A stretch of DNA of 64,000 bases from Eledone cirrhosa (Eukaryota): positions 27,404,001-27,468,000 of the forward strand of contig OZ024741.1 in assembly GCA_964016885.1 (NCBI GenBank). The letters are read 5' to 3'. This document shows, one piece after another, positions 16,386 through 29,495 of the stretch. The position numbers and the translations under genes were made by a program. The notes beneath the pieces are model-generated. The model ran no database searches. It was not told where the DNA came from and saw only the letters and a program-made list of their open reading frames with translations. The first letter of the stretch is position 1. Every line of letters starts with the position of its first letter.

Positions 16386-17180
16386 AATGCTACTTAAATG
16401 AAATTCTTTCTTCTATCATAGACTAATACGTAAGACTAATAAAAATGTCTTAAATTTTTTCATCATTGTTGTAAATTTATTATTTAAATATTCTGTATAT
16501 TTTCACTCATACAACACACTAGATTTGTTCAGCCAAAATTATAATTCCTGATTCCATACAGAATCATATGGATGAATAAATTCCTTCTATTAACTGATTG
16601 TTGAACCATATTGAGATTGAAACTTGCTTGGAATAACTTACACCAACTTGATTTTTCAACAATTTACACTTGTTTTATATATATATATATATTAAAATAA
16701 CAGATTAAAGTTTAAACAAAGAATCACTGCTTTCAACCTTAACAGGATCTTCTGAAACTAAAAAGATCAATCTGTGAACGCAGAAGTAAATATTTCAAAA
16801 AATGTCCCTTTGGATTTTAGTCTTCACATTTATTATTATTACTGGTGATATTCCTTTAAAGTTTTATTGTTGCAAAATCCTATATATATTTCAATGGCCT
16901 GCTTACGTAAGATCCTGGCCACATCATCAGGTTCAGATTGCATAATTAATTACTCAATAAAGGAGTTACAGCATACACAAACAGAGAAAGTATAGAAAAA
17001 ATATTTGATTTGGTGATGGCCTGTGACCTATGTATTATTGTTGTTGTAGACCATCTCCGAATATATATATATATAGCTTTGGAGATAGTACCCCCAGCAT
17101 GGCTACAGTTCAATGACCGAAACCTGTAAAATAAAATAACAGGACTTATGTTTTTGTTTTGCCTCTCTTATATTTCACAG

Positions 17181-17305
17181 GTGCTGAGATGACAGAGCTT
17201 TCCGAAAATTTGCATTATGATCGCGAGGTAATTCGCGTGTGGTTCTGCAACAAGAGACAAGCACTGAAGAATACCATAAAAAAACTGAAACAAGAAAATG
17301 CTTGA
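17181..17305 (+). CDS. POU6: Terminal coding exon of a class VI POU homeodomain transcription factor (POU6F2/pdm3-like): (G)AEMTELSENLHYDREVIRVWFCNKRQALKNTIKKLKQENA*
   Basis: Pyrimidine-rich acceptor ...ctctcttatatttcacAG ends at 17180 (phase 1). The translation has the POU homeodomain helix 3 RVWFCN and the class VI signature YDREV-RVWFCNKRQALKNT. Stop TGA at 17303-17305 is followed by TAG. No intact upstream exon was seen in the window. Confidence 0.95.
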
Positions 17306-17496
17306 TAGAAGATAAAAACAGTGTTGTGGTGAGACTAGCGAGGAACAATTTCTGTTGTTTTTTTTTTTCACTTTTTTTTTATGACTGAACGCTTGTTTTG
17401 AGACCAGAATGGCAAAACTTAATAATAAGCACCTACCAACCAACCATCCACCCACCCAACCAGCCAACCAAAATGATAATAATAATGATATATAAG

Positions 17497-18308
17497 TACC
17501 ACCACCACCACCACCACTACTACCACTACCGCCACCACTGCCACCACCACCACCACCACCACTACAACTACTACCACTACTGTTGCCATCACAACCAGAA
17601 CCATCAGTAAACACTATCACCATGACATTCTTTGATTGAAGGTCTGAATATGGCTAACCTAGGGCTAAACAACAAACAACAACCATCATCATCATCATCA
17701 TCATCATCATCGTCACTCAGCAGTGAAGCCATCAATCATCATGACGTACAGTTATAATTTGTAATTTAACTGTACTGAAGTATGTATGGCAACAATAACA
17801 ACAACAACAGCAACAACAACAATAAACAGCAACAACAGCAACTCTATAAGGGCTGCAACAGTGGAATTAAAGTCAGCAGCATCAGTAGTTACTGGTAATG
17901 TTGACAATGATGATAACAATAATTTTTTTAAGGGCCAAAACACCTGTTTGAGGGGAAACAGGGGGCGTTTCTTCTCTAAAGACCTTCTGCTGTCCAGCTC
18001 ACCTGAGAGTTTTTTACCACCCATTGAGGACAATACAATTAGCAACAGAGGGTGGGGACAGGGGGATTTCCATGTAGGAGATGTGTAAAGAGAGAAAGAA
18101 AGCAGGTGACATATAACATCAGAATTACCCCCAGCCGGGAGAAATACCACCCAGGAGTAATTAAGGAATAACCTGCAGATCAATAATGATCCCCAATCAT
18201 CAATAATGGTGATGATGGTGGTTCTGATGATGGTGGTTCTGATGATGGTGGTGGTGATGGTTCTGGTGGTGGTGGTGGTGGTGGTGGTGGTGATGGTGGT
18301 GATGGTGG

Positions 18309-18339
<31 letters not shown>

Positions 18340-18350
18340 GGCGGTGATGA
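17497..18350. repeat. Trinucleotide microsatellites (CAC)n, (CAT)n, (AAC)n, (GGT)n downstream of the POU6 stop (probable 3' UTR region)
   Basis: Visible tracts at ~17497-17580, 17684-17711, 17790-17840 and 18205-18350. UTR extent is unknown; an AATAAA lies at 17821. Confidence 0.8.
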
Positions 18351-18707
18351 TGAAGAAAGAGAGAAAGAAGGACAACCATGCCATTGATAAATGAAGGGTC
18401 AGAATTTTCACCCGCTCGCAGATAAAGAAAAAAAGAAGCGAAATGAAAAAGAAAAAATAACTAAAACAAAAACCACTCCAAAATACCTCCCCCTCCCCCC
18501 AAACAAAAAACAAACAAAGAAACAGCAAACAGACATGCTATATCATTTGTGTGTGTCTATGTATGTGTATATTTGTGTGTGTATGTATGTGTATGTTTGT
18601 GTGTGTGTATGTTAGCATGTATATGTATATATATGTTAGTGTGTATGTATATGTATGTTTGTGTGAATATGTTTGCATTTATGTATGTGTGTATGAATGT
18701 GAATGCA

Positions 18708-19000
18708 AGTGGCTTAGTGGTTAGGGTGTTCAGCTGATGGTCGCAAGGTCATGAGTTCAATTTCTAGCACCGTGTCCTTGAGCAAGACACTTTATTTCAC
18801 ATTGCTCCAGTTTACTCAGCTAATAAAAATGGAGTTCTACCTGTAATTCAAGGGGCCAGACATGTCACACATTGTGTTTTGCTGAATCTCCCTGAGAACT
18901 ATGTCAAAGGTAAACATGCCTGTGGAATGCTCAGCCACTTATGCATTAATTATGTGAGCAGGCTGTTCCATTGTTCAAACAACTGCAACACTCATCATAT
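18708..19000 (+). mobile_element. CORE-like tRNA-derived SINE
   Basis: A/B-box-like head (GTGGCTTAGTGGTTAG...GAGTTCAATT) and CCTTGAGCAAGACACTT core. Full-length similarity to 38050-38330. Confidence 0.75.
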
Positions 19001-19188
19001 ATGTGTATGTGTGTTAGAATGTGTGTATGTTTATATGTGTATGTTTATATGTGTGTGTGTGTTAGCATGTGTGTGTTTATATGTTTGTATCATGTAATTT
19101 ACTTTGTATAAGAATATGTAAGGGAAGTAATTATGACTTAATGGAATTTCTTTTGGATTTGGAGGTCGGGGGAGGAGGGTGGGTGATA

Positions 19189-19430
19189 GCAACAGCAGCA
19201 GCAATGATAGCAACAAACATTAGCAGTGATAACAGCAACATTAGCAACAGCAGCAGCAATGATAGCAACAAACATTAGCAGTGATAACAGCAACATTAGC
19301 AACAGCAGCAGCAATGATAGCAACAAACATTAGCAGTGATAACAGCAACATTAGCAACAGCAGCAGCAATGATAGCAACAAACATTAGCAGTGATAACAG
19401 CAACATTAGCAACAGCAGCAGCAACAACAG
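19189..19430 (+). repeat. 55-bp tandem repeat, 4 near-perfect copies
   Basis: GCAATGATAGCAACAAACATTAGCAGTGATAACAGCAACATTA... starts at 19201, 19256, 19311 and 19366. Confidence 0.92.
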
Positions 19431-19890
19431 CAACAACAGCAGCAGCCATAACAGCAGCAACATGAAGAAGCAATAATTAAGTAGGTAGTTGGTGAACAAT
19501 TGACAAAGAGAGGGGTTGATGGTTGAAGGTTTCAAATTTAAGGGGACAAGTGGGATAGGGTGGAGTTAGGGAGGGGTATATTGAGGAGGAGGGTAGAGAA
19601 AGGGGGAGGAGAAGAATGGCTGCTTATATCTGTATAATAATTGTTTCCTCACACTCTCCAACCCCAGTGACACCCTTTCCAGTCATAATCATCATCATCA
19701 TCACCATCAACACCACTTCGACTATCAGTATCATCATTTTTCATGACTACCATTTACATAACCCCCCCCCCCCACACACACATTAATCATCCTTCTCTTT
19801 CTCTCTTTCTGTCTCTCTCTCATCCTCTCTTTCTATCTCGTGAGTGGTAGGGGTATGTGGGTTGAGCAGAAGACTATATAGTAGCCATAG

Positions 19891-19921
<31 letters not shown>

Positions 19922-19955
19922 ACATACATACATATATATATACATACATATATAT

Positions 19956-20023
<68 letters not shown>

Positions 20024-20054
20024 TACATGAATCAAAGTTCTGTTCAAATCATTT

Positions 20055-20106
20055 ATTCGCTTACAATTGTTTCTTCCAAACCGAGGTTTGGAGTCTTCGG
20101 AGCAAT
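20055..20106 (-). ncRNA. Minimal type I hammerhead-like motif with a core substitution (CCGAAGA)
   Basis: Minus strand reads AUUGCU-CCGAAGA-CUCCAAAC(CUCG)GUUUGGAA-GAA-ACAAUUGU-A-AGCGAAU. Stems I and II pair, stem III is palindromic, and the triplet is GUA. Adjacent to (TA)n. Confidence 0.6.
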
Positions 20107-20483
20107 TTTTCAATGATTGTTTACATACTTGACCTCCTTTTCAACACAAGAGACACACAGAAACATATGTATATATTGATGCACAGTGGGTTGACATCCA
20201 TTATAATAATATAGCATGGCAGTTTACATTCAAAGATTAAAGTCATATTAAAAGAAAATTACAACAAAATTAAAGTTATAATACAACATTGGCAGTTTAC
20301 GACGATGATGCAGGAAGATAGTTAGAAATAGTTAGTTACACGTGGGGCATGCACGTGTGTCCTATTTATATAAATTACTGTCTTTCACTGTTTAGGGTTT
20401 AAAATATATATAACTATAAAAGGTTTTAGTATATACATAACCATAAATAGTATCCTTAATACTATATATATATATATATATAT

Positions 20484-20640
20484 TACAAAGAGTTGGGACC
20501 CGACAGCTGAGCTCTGGCTGTTTCAACAGCTAGTTCCGGACTAGCTGTTGAAACAGCAAAAGCTCAGCCATTAGGTCCCAACTCTTTATAATGTATACAT
20601 ACTCTACCCCAAGTATTGAGTGCTCTGTTGAGTAATAGTC
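20484..20640. mobile_element. Fold-back element, family C (3' half of a hammerhead in each arm, plus a one-sided tail); Penelope-like
   Basis: Imperfect palindrome 20484-20590. The left arm on the minus strand reads GAAACAGC..GAGCTC.GCTGTC-GGGTC. The tail matches 30500-30555 in reverse. Confidence 0.6.
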
Positions 20641-21504
20641 TAACTAGTTTCAAACTTGTTCTATATATATAGAGAGAGAGGGAGAGGGGGATGGACCTCC
20701 GTCAGTTTTTCCGATGTGTGTTCCAGTTGTTCTGAGTTCAAATCCAACTTCCTATAGTCCTGTAGTCCACCAGAGAAATCAGTGAGGTTTCTACCAGGAG
20801 TTGTGATGACCAACAGTTAGTATCAGCAATGGGAAAGACCAATGGAAACTGTTCATCATCACAGTTTCATTTGATTTTTCAATGTTTTCTATTGCTGAAC
20901 CATGGTTAGGAATGGTCACATAATCATCAGATTTGTGAAAAATTGGAGGTTGGTGTTTTTTATTTTTTTACATTCATTTAGCTGGTGGTGTGGTTTTGTA
21001 CTGTTGTTCTGAATGTATGGGGTAGGGTGGGAGCCAGTGGCATTTATTTATTTATATTTATTGAAATTGTTTTAACTCTCCATAGTTCCTTCTTGATCCT
21101 AGAAGTGGCTGGCTACTCAGTGTTTGATAGACTCTTAGCTGGACTTAGTCATGTAAAAATCAAGAGACTGAGTGTGTGCGTGTGCGTGTGTTTGTGTACA
21201 GAATAATTTCAGATTTTATTCCACTCCACCTCCCTTCTCTCATTCCACCGCTCAAACTCACAATAATAACAACAATAATGGTAATTGAAAGAAACAAGAG
21301 CAAGGAAGTGGTACTCTAGCTTAATGAATTCCTCAAATATTGCCATCACAGTTCTACAATATCTCGGTACTTTCTAGTCTCCCCTCTCTTTCTTTTACTT
21401 CCCCCCCCCCCTTTTTGTGTATATATGAAATATCTTGATTGTATCAAATACATAGTGCATTGCCGTATAAGAATGGCAAAGATTAGGTTTTACTGGTAAG
21501 ATTA

Positions 21505-21690
21505 TAATTGTTTCTACTTTTGGCACAAGGCCAGCAATTATCCCAGTGTATTACTGGTACTTTATTTTATCGACCCTGTAAGGATGAAAGGCAAAGTTAA
21601 CCCCGGCGGAATTTGAACTCAGATCATAAAGGGCGGTAACTCTATGCTTCAAAGCATGGCGTCCGACCCTCTACCGATACTGCCAATCCA
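21505..21690 (-). mobile_element. SINE group B copy
   Basis: Reverse complement of the GCCTTTCATCCTTACGGGGTCGATAAAATAAAGTACCAG family, found more than a dozen times in the window. Confidence 0.8.
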
Positions 21691-21913
21691 AGGCCAGAAC
21701 ATGTCTAGAGTTGTCTGTCACTGGCTAAATAACTTTTTAATGCTCCCTGCATGAACTTCAATTTCAGAATTGTACTTGTCTGACAAGTGACTTTATCTGA
21801 GACCATGTGATAAAACTAAAGCAATTACATCTGGAAATAAATGATAAGCATAAAGTTTGACTCTTGATAAACAAAGTTTGACTCTTCCATAATGTAATTG
21901 TTAAGTTTTATAT

Positions 21914-22878
21914 TTAACTGTTTCATTACCACATTTCTAATGAAATTCACTGCCTACGTGTTTCAATTAATTTTGAAAATAAACAAAAATTTGGAGGAAT
22001 TTAATAAAAGTATTTCATTTGTAAATATTTAATATAAGTATTTCATTTAGAGCATTAGTTAACAAAAATTTCAAAAATGAAATTATGAATACAAGTGGCC
22101 AAAATGGGATTCCTCCGAAGGGTCTTTGGAGTAATGTTACTTGATAGAGTATGTAGCTTGAATATCAGAGAGTCACTCCAGGTAGAGCCACTACTTCTCT
22201 TTAGAATGTCTGAGGAAAGAATCGCTGGACAGATTTTATGAGCAAAACCAACCGGCAGGAGACCCAGGGTTAGACGTTGAGCAATATGGTTGGATAACAT
22301 CCATGAGCTTGGCTGATCTCACTTGGGGATCGAGCCAGATCAGTTAGAAATGGTTGCTTGTGACAGGACTCACTGGAATGAGTGTTTTAGGACTCTTCTC
22401 CCACAAGTCTCTCAGGAATAAGTGGGTAAAGAAGAAGATTTTAATATATGGATTAACATATTAAAATGTTTAGTTTTGTATCAACAAATCTAGGGTGTTT
22501 TGAGTTAGGTTGGTATCAAAAGGGTTAATGATCCTTGCATGAAATATGTTAATACTAACTTCAGTATTTATCTTCAAGTACCTTAGTATAAAGCCTTTCT
22601 GTAGGGCAGAGTAAACTTAAACCCCTTTGATACCAAGTCACCTGAAACAGGCACTGATTCTGTAATACAAAACAGTTTGTTTTAATTTTTGATTTATCTA
22701 AAAACGTTCCATCGTAATTTTATGTTAGAGCCATTGTTAAATTAAGTTCCAAGCCCCATCTTTATAATAAGAAAGTTAGATATATTACTAAATTACTACA
22801 AATTCTTGATTATTTTCAAAATTAATTCAAAATCATAGGCAGTGTCTTTTATTAGAAATATGTCAATGAAAGGGTTAA
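21914..22878. mobile_element. Inverted pair of piggyBac-like MITE copies (21914-22528 reverse, 22617-22878 forward)
   Basis: TTAA(A)CCC...AGGGTTAA termini. 21914-21990 is a diverged reverse complement of 22800-22878. The first copy is interrupted by a LINE fragment. Confidence 0.6.
22085..22438 (+). mobile_element. 3' fragment of an RTE-clade (Expander/Rex3-like) LINE
   Basis: Translates to MGFLRRVFGVMLLDRVCSLNIRESLQVEPLLL...KPTGRRPR, typical of the C-terminus of RTE/Expander ORFs. Ends in a GAAGAAGA tail. Confidence 0.75.
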
Positions 22879-23139
22879 ATCTTTTACTGAAGTAGCCAAC
22901 ATGTCTTTAGAGACATATGACGCCACAACTTTAGTGACTGACCAGGAGCTGAATAAATCCTCTACATTGTTGGCCATCACATCTGTTTATATAGTCAGAT
23001 GTGAGATGTTGTGATGTTCATACATTCTTCCAAAGACTGAACACCTTAACTTCTTATCATCTCACCTGTAACTTTGGAGATTTGTGTATATATAAGAAGG
23101 TAATCTTAAATATATCCTTGCTGCAGGGAAGTGGTGGGG

Positions 23140-23945
23140 TGGGTGCACATTGCTGGTCAACATACTTTGTAGCGTGGTGCAGTAAGTGCATAATGTATAG
23201 TGGTGCAGTTGGTCACATGGTAAAGTAAGGCAGACAATGTACCTGTCAGAGCAGTGCAGTGGGTGCATAATGTATAGTACTGCAACTAGTGTAGATTGTA
23301 GTGTGTTGCAGTTGGTGCACACTGCAAGGTAGTGCAGTTGGTGGATATTGTGCAATGGTGAATATTGTATGGTGCACATTGTAAAGTGGTAGATATTGTA
23401 GATTGATACAGCTTGAATACATTGTACAATGGTGCAGCTTGTGCACCTTGTAGACTGATATATATTGTAGAGGGTGCAAATTATGCATATTGTAGTGTTG
23501 CACATTGCATGTTGATACAACTGAGGTACATTGTAAATTGGTGCAGCTTGTATATATTGTGTATAGTGCATGTTGTGCAGTTGGTGCATATTGTAGAGTG
23601 GTACAACTGATGCACATTGTATAGAGATGCAGCTAGTGCATTTTGTATAGTGGTGCAAATGGTGTGCATTGTGAATAGTGAAATTGGTGCACATAGTGTG
23701 GTGAAACCAGTATTGCAGGCACTGCACATTGTAGAGATGTACAACTGGTGCACATTGTATAGTATTGCAGCTATTGCACATTGGAAAGATGCACAACTGG
23801 TGCACTTGTATATTATTGCAGCTACTGCAAATTGTAGAGATGTACAACTGGTGCATATTTTATAGTATTGCAACTACTGCACATTGTAAAGTGTTGCAGC
23901 TGCTGCACACTGTAAAGATGGACAGCTGGTGCACATTGTAGAGGA
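23140..23945. repeat. Degenerate minisatellite built on GTGCACATTGTA/GTGCAG motifs
   Basis: Recurring TGGTGCACATTGTAGAGATG-like units. Overlapping low-complexity ORFs occur in several frames. Confidence 0.75.
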
Positions 23946-24905
23946 TTTACTAAATTGGTAGAGAGGATATTTTTCTAGTGATAGGTGTCATTAAAACATG
24001 TACCAGTAATACGATACAATACTGTCAGATTTCACTTATGTCTTAGGCAAAAAAATATTATTGCGATGGTGATGGTGGAGATGATGGTGGTGGTGGTGGT
24101 GGTGATCATAGTGATGGCAATGTTAAGGATAATAGTGATGATGATGATAATTATTAACCCTATTGTGTTCAGAATTTCAATCAATTAATGTTATCTTAGC
24201 AATTGTTATATATCCGTCCATGTTAACCTTTGGAAATGTAAAAAGAAAAAAAGCTTATATATATATATATATATATATACACACTTGTATATGTATATAT
24301 ATATATATACATGAATGTGAATGTGAGTGTATGTGCACACACACACATGTGTATATATATATATACACGTGTATGTGCACACACACATGTGTATACATAC
24401 ACAGAGACACACTCACAAACAAATATATATATATAAGACCATTATTGCTGCAACCAGTCTATTTACCATCAATAACTACCCTAAATATACATACAGTTAT
24501 ACCACACATATATACACTATATACACTATACAGAACAAACACAAGCAATCTTCGAATGCCCTATACGTAAACAATACACTCGGAAAACAAAGCCAACAAT
24601 AAACAAAGCATCTAGTGGACAAGCTTATCATGAACTAAATGTCTATATTAGAGCTAAAACACACACACACACACATATATATATATTTATATATATATGA
24701 TGCCACTAAAAACCTCCCAGTACATGTTGTAAAGTGGTTGGTATTAGGAAGGGCATTCAGACATTGAAAACCAAACCTAAAACAGAACATATGGGCAAAG
24801 TATGGTCTCACCTGAAATGTTTAGACTCATAACATAACAGCCCATCTAATCCTTGAAAAATAGACGTTAAACCATCAAGACGGTGATCACAAACACATCC
24901 ATTCA

Positions 24906-24955
<50 letters not shown>

Positions 24956-25369
24956 TATATATATATATATATACTGTAAACTTAGCTACAATGATAATAG
25001 AGAGAACTCGATAAATAGTGAGTTGAAGTTATATATTGTTACAGTATAATAGGTGTGTTTATACTGTTACTATGTGATCTATATATTACAAATCACTGGC
25101 TCATTCATATTGTTTTGTTTCTATCAAATAACAAAATAATATTTGAATTATGTAATTTTTAAACCTTCATGGCCCAGTAACGTAGTGAAAACTTAAGGAG
25201 CGTAAGTAATACAACTATTGTACTGTATGACATATTTAAGGTTTAGTAAACTAGTCATAGCTGGAACTATAGAAGTAAGCATGGGTATTTTGGAAACCCC
25301 ATGTGAGGGTCAACTACTGTTTTTTCATGTATGTAGGTTCAATATATAAACATATATGTATGTATGATT

Positions 25370-25436
<67 letters not shown>

Positions 25437-26854
25437 GTATAAATAGACATAGAAAATATATATCCCATTATCTTAATAGTTTCATGTTTATCAATAATCA
25501 TCAGTTTGTATGAGTATCTATCTCTCTTTATATATTTATATATACATATGTGTGTATGATTGTGTATATATGCATGCATATATATTTCCCTTTTTTAACC
25601 TTTAGCAAATGTATCCTGTGGAGAAAGAGGGAAAAGAATATAATTCTAATTGTGATGATGATGATGATAATTTTATGTACTGACATATAAAGTGAGGAGA
25701 GGACAAGAGACAGACTGACAAACAGACAAGCAGACTGTAATGTCATGTGACTATACAACTGAAATTATTGACTTTCAAAGAGACATAATCTTTAGGTCTC
25801 TCCACATGACACACTAACACACACACAGGCACACACATGCATATATATATATATATATATATATACATACACAGTCTGGTTTTATATTCTTGAATGTTCT
25901 GGTGATAACACCGCTTTGGTCGAGACTAACCATGGGTTTTCACATGGAAAGTTTCTCTCCAAGTCTTGAACCTGAGGAAGGTGTTTGGTGGAAGACCAGC
26001 AGTCAACTATACATACTACTCTCTCCAGGCCACAGATGTTGTCCAAGGAAAAGACAAATGCAGATACAACTTGACACCAACATCATCTCAACTCATTTTT
26101 TTCCAACTGAGTGGACTGGTGCAATATGCTGCCCTCTCCGTGTGTCAAACTCAAAACCTTACAATCAAGAGCTGGACACTTTAACTACTAAGTCATATAC
26201 CTTCATATTCTGGTGATATACTCATTGAAAGTGAATGAGACAGCAATTCAATCAGTGCATAGCAGTTTTGATTCTGTGGGACTCACTGGAAGTAATGTCT
26301 CTGAACTAAAGTTTGACCAAGACAACTTTCAGGGATAGGGACTCCTAAATAGATGAAGGAACTCACTTATCTTAAAACTCAATTAAGCAGAGAAAGTTTT
26401 TTTTTTTTTCAATGGAATGCATAAAATATTTATGGGTCCTGAATCAATGTATCGCTTCCTCACCCCTCCTTATAAGCCCTAACTGGAAGTAGGTAGTAAC
26501 TGGCAAATTTTGAAGCTAGTGTGTCAATTAATACTGCATCAGTTTGGTATGTAGTTGTGTATTTACGTGGTTCAAGTAAGAGTGAAGATGTTTTTGTCTT
26601 TCAATGGGATTGGTTATCATTCTGCTATATTTTTTTATTATGCTTCTCTGTGATTTGATATGTGAAGAATCTCTGTGGTTTTGTGGTTTAGTAAGATTGG
26701 CAGAGTTGTTAGAGCATCGTTGGACAATTGCAGGATTTTGTTACAGTTCTTGACTTTCTGAGTTAAAATTTTGTCAACATCAACTTTACCTTTCATCTTT
26801 CTGAGATTGGTAAAATAAAGTCCTGGTTAAGTACTGATGTTGAAATGTAGCAAC

Positions 26855-26938
<84 letters not shown>

Positions 26939-27504
26939 CCTCCCTCTCCACAAAGTGAGGGATGCAATTTTGTTTTTTATTTATATCAAGACTTACAGAC
27001 AAGATGAAATGAGCAAGATTAAATTAATATAAGAAGATAATGTGTGTGAAGGTGTGTGTGTGTGTGTTTGTACTGATATTGGTGATTTAAAATATTTAAA
27101 CTGAAGTGTAGGTATCAAATTCATCAACATCAACTTAATGAAAAGTTATTTTCTTGTTCAGTTTTATTCACTCTATGCACCCAAAGCCCAATGTTTCCAT
27201 CATCTTTTAAATAATTTCAATATTTTAAGCTATAAATAAAAAGAGAGCTGGAATATTGATATGTAGATCTGATGTACCTTAATTCTGTGTCAGTGATGAT
27301 AGCAATGTTGTATGTATGTGTGCGTGTATATATATATGTGTGTGTGTGCGGTATATATATATATGTGTGTGTGTGGTATATTATGATTATATATGATTGT
27401 AGTAGTGCTGTGATGAACTCTGATATTTTTCTTCAAGACATACTGCATAAAGATATGACACATCTTAATTCTACAGTGATTGCACTGTTGTGTGTATATA
27501 TGTA

Positions 27505-27540
<36 letters not shown>

Positions 27541-28375
27541 CTTATAGGTTATGCAAGCATGGAAAACTGGACATAAAATGATGATATATATATATATAGA
27601 GAGAGAGAGCTAACATATTTTTATTCTATAGAGATACCACTGTTCTAGAGAGAGAGATTTGGCATTGCAATAATAACTCACTATTCTATATATTGATGTG
27701 GTGTGTCTTCATTTTAAAGTAATACAGTACTATTAAATATAGATGATATGTATTATATTTATAAAGTGGTATTTCTTAATATAATGTGATATGTCTAGAA
27801 GTTGTAATTATATTATTATTCTATGTAGATCTGTGATGGATATTGTAGAGTAATGGTAAAGTCTCAGTATAGTGAATGCTGAATCTATGAATGTTTTCAC
27901 TCCAGGTTGTAGTGATTTCACTTCATTTAGGTGGTTAACTTTCCTGTAACAGACTTTAACTTTATAAATCTTATTTACCCCTGTCCATTTATAATTCAAA
28001 GGCCTTGCAAAATGATTTTAAATTAAAAGCTATTCCCTACACACACACACACATACACACACACCCTCTCTCTCGCTCTCTCTCCTACTCCCTCTCTTAC
28101 TTTCTCTGTCTTATTATATAAGAACCTTTCATTAAGTTATATTACAAATACTATCTCAATAATGAAATAATTAATAATTGTTTCTACTTTTGGCACAAGG
28201 CCAGCAATATTTTATCGACCCCGTAAGGATGAAAGGCAAAGTTAACCTCGGCAGGATTTGAACTCAGAATGAAATAATTAATAATATTAGTTAATCCTTC
28301 CAAATTCTTCAATACAGTGTACATCATTAGAAATATGGTTATGAAAATGTTAAAAATACAAAGAAAACACACACA

Positions 28376-29025
28376 CTGGCAGTATCAGTAGAGCGTCGGA
28401 CACCCTGCTTCACAGCATAGAGTTATGGCCCCTTACGTTCTGGGTTAAAATCCTGCTGAGGTTAACTTTGTCATCCTTACAGGGTTAATAAAATAAAGTA
28501 CTAGTAACACACTGGGGTTGATTTAATTGACTTTCCCCTCAAATTGCTGGCGTTGTGCCTATAGTATAAACAATTATTATTATTATTATGGCGGTGGGTT
28601 GGCACTATTGGTGGAGGGACGGACGCCATGCTTTGCAGTGTAGAGTTATGGCCCTTTACGTTCAGAGTTCAAATCTCGCCAGGGTTAACTTTGCCTTTCA
28701 TCCTTATGGGCTCGATAAAATAAAGCACCAGTAATGTACTGGGGTCGATTTAATCGACTTTCCCCTCCCCCAAATTACTGGCCTTGTGCCTATACTAAAA
28801 ATCATTATTATGGCGGTAGAAACAATTATTATGGCGGTGGGTTGGCACTATCGATGGAGGGACGGACCCATGCTTTGCAGCGTAGAGTTATGGCCCTTTA
28901 CAGTCTGAGTTCAAATTCTGCCAAGGTTAACTTTGCCTTTCATCCTTATGGGGTCGATAAAATAAAGCACCAGTAATGCACTGGGGTAATTGCTGGCCTT
29001 GTACCAAAAGTAGAAACAATTATTA
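28376..29025 (+). mobile_element. Three head-to-tail SINE group B copies
   Basis: Heads at ~28376, 28590 and 28833, each ending in ...GTAGAAACAATTATTAT-type tails. An inverted partial copy lies at 28180-28270. Confidence 0.85.
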
Positions 29026-29234
29026 TGCATTGTTTTATCATTCACATTCCGTATATCCTCATAGATAAGTCGTAGATTTATATTTTATTTTTATCAGAGG
29101 AATTATACATGAAAAGCTACAAGAAAGGTCACATGTAAAGCTACATGTGACTTACTTACCAACCCTTACTCTAGGCTCGAAATTGTCAATAATGAAGCCT
29201 AAATATTAGTAACACAAATGGGTTATGATGTATC

Positions 29235-29495
29235 AATCACTGTGACTATATATGAATATATATACAATCCCTGTGACTATATATGAATATATATACAATC
29301 CTTGTGACTATATATGAATATATATACAATCCCTGTGACTATATATGAGTATATATATATAATAACGACGTATCAATCACTATAACTATATATGAATATA
29401 TATACAATCACTGTGACTATATACGAGTATTTATATACAATCACTCTGGCTGAATATGAGTGTATATATATAAAGTCACTGTGACTATATATGGG
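29235..29495 (+). repeat. 31-bp minisatellite AATCCCTGTGACTATATATGAATATATATAC
   Basis: About 8 copies, decaying towards the right. Confidence 0.85.

Noticed and set aside
17168-19535. Gly/His/Thr/Val/Leu-rich ORFs around the POU6 exon
   Set aside because: Translations of trinucleotide microsatellites; the real exon is in a frame not listed in the track.
23062-23873. Cys/His-rich 264-aa and overlapping ORFs
   Set aside because: Degenerate minisatellite open in several frames on both strands, with no domain pattern.
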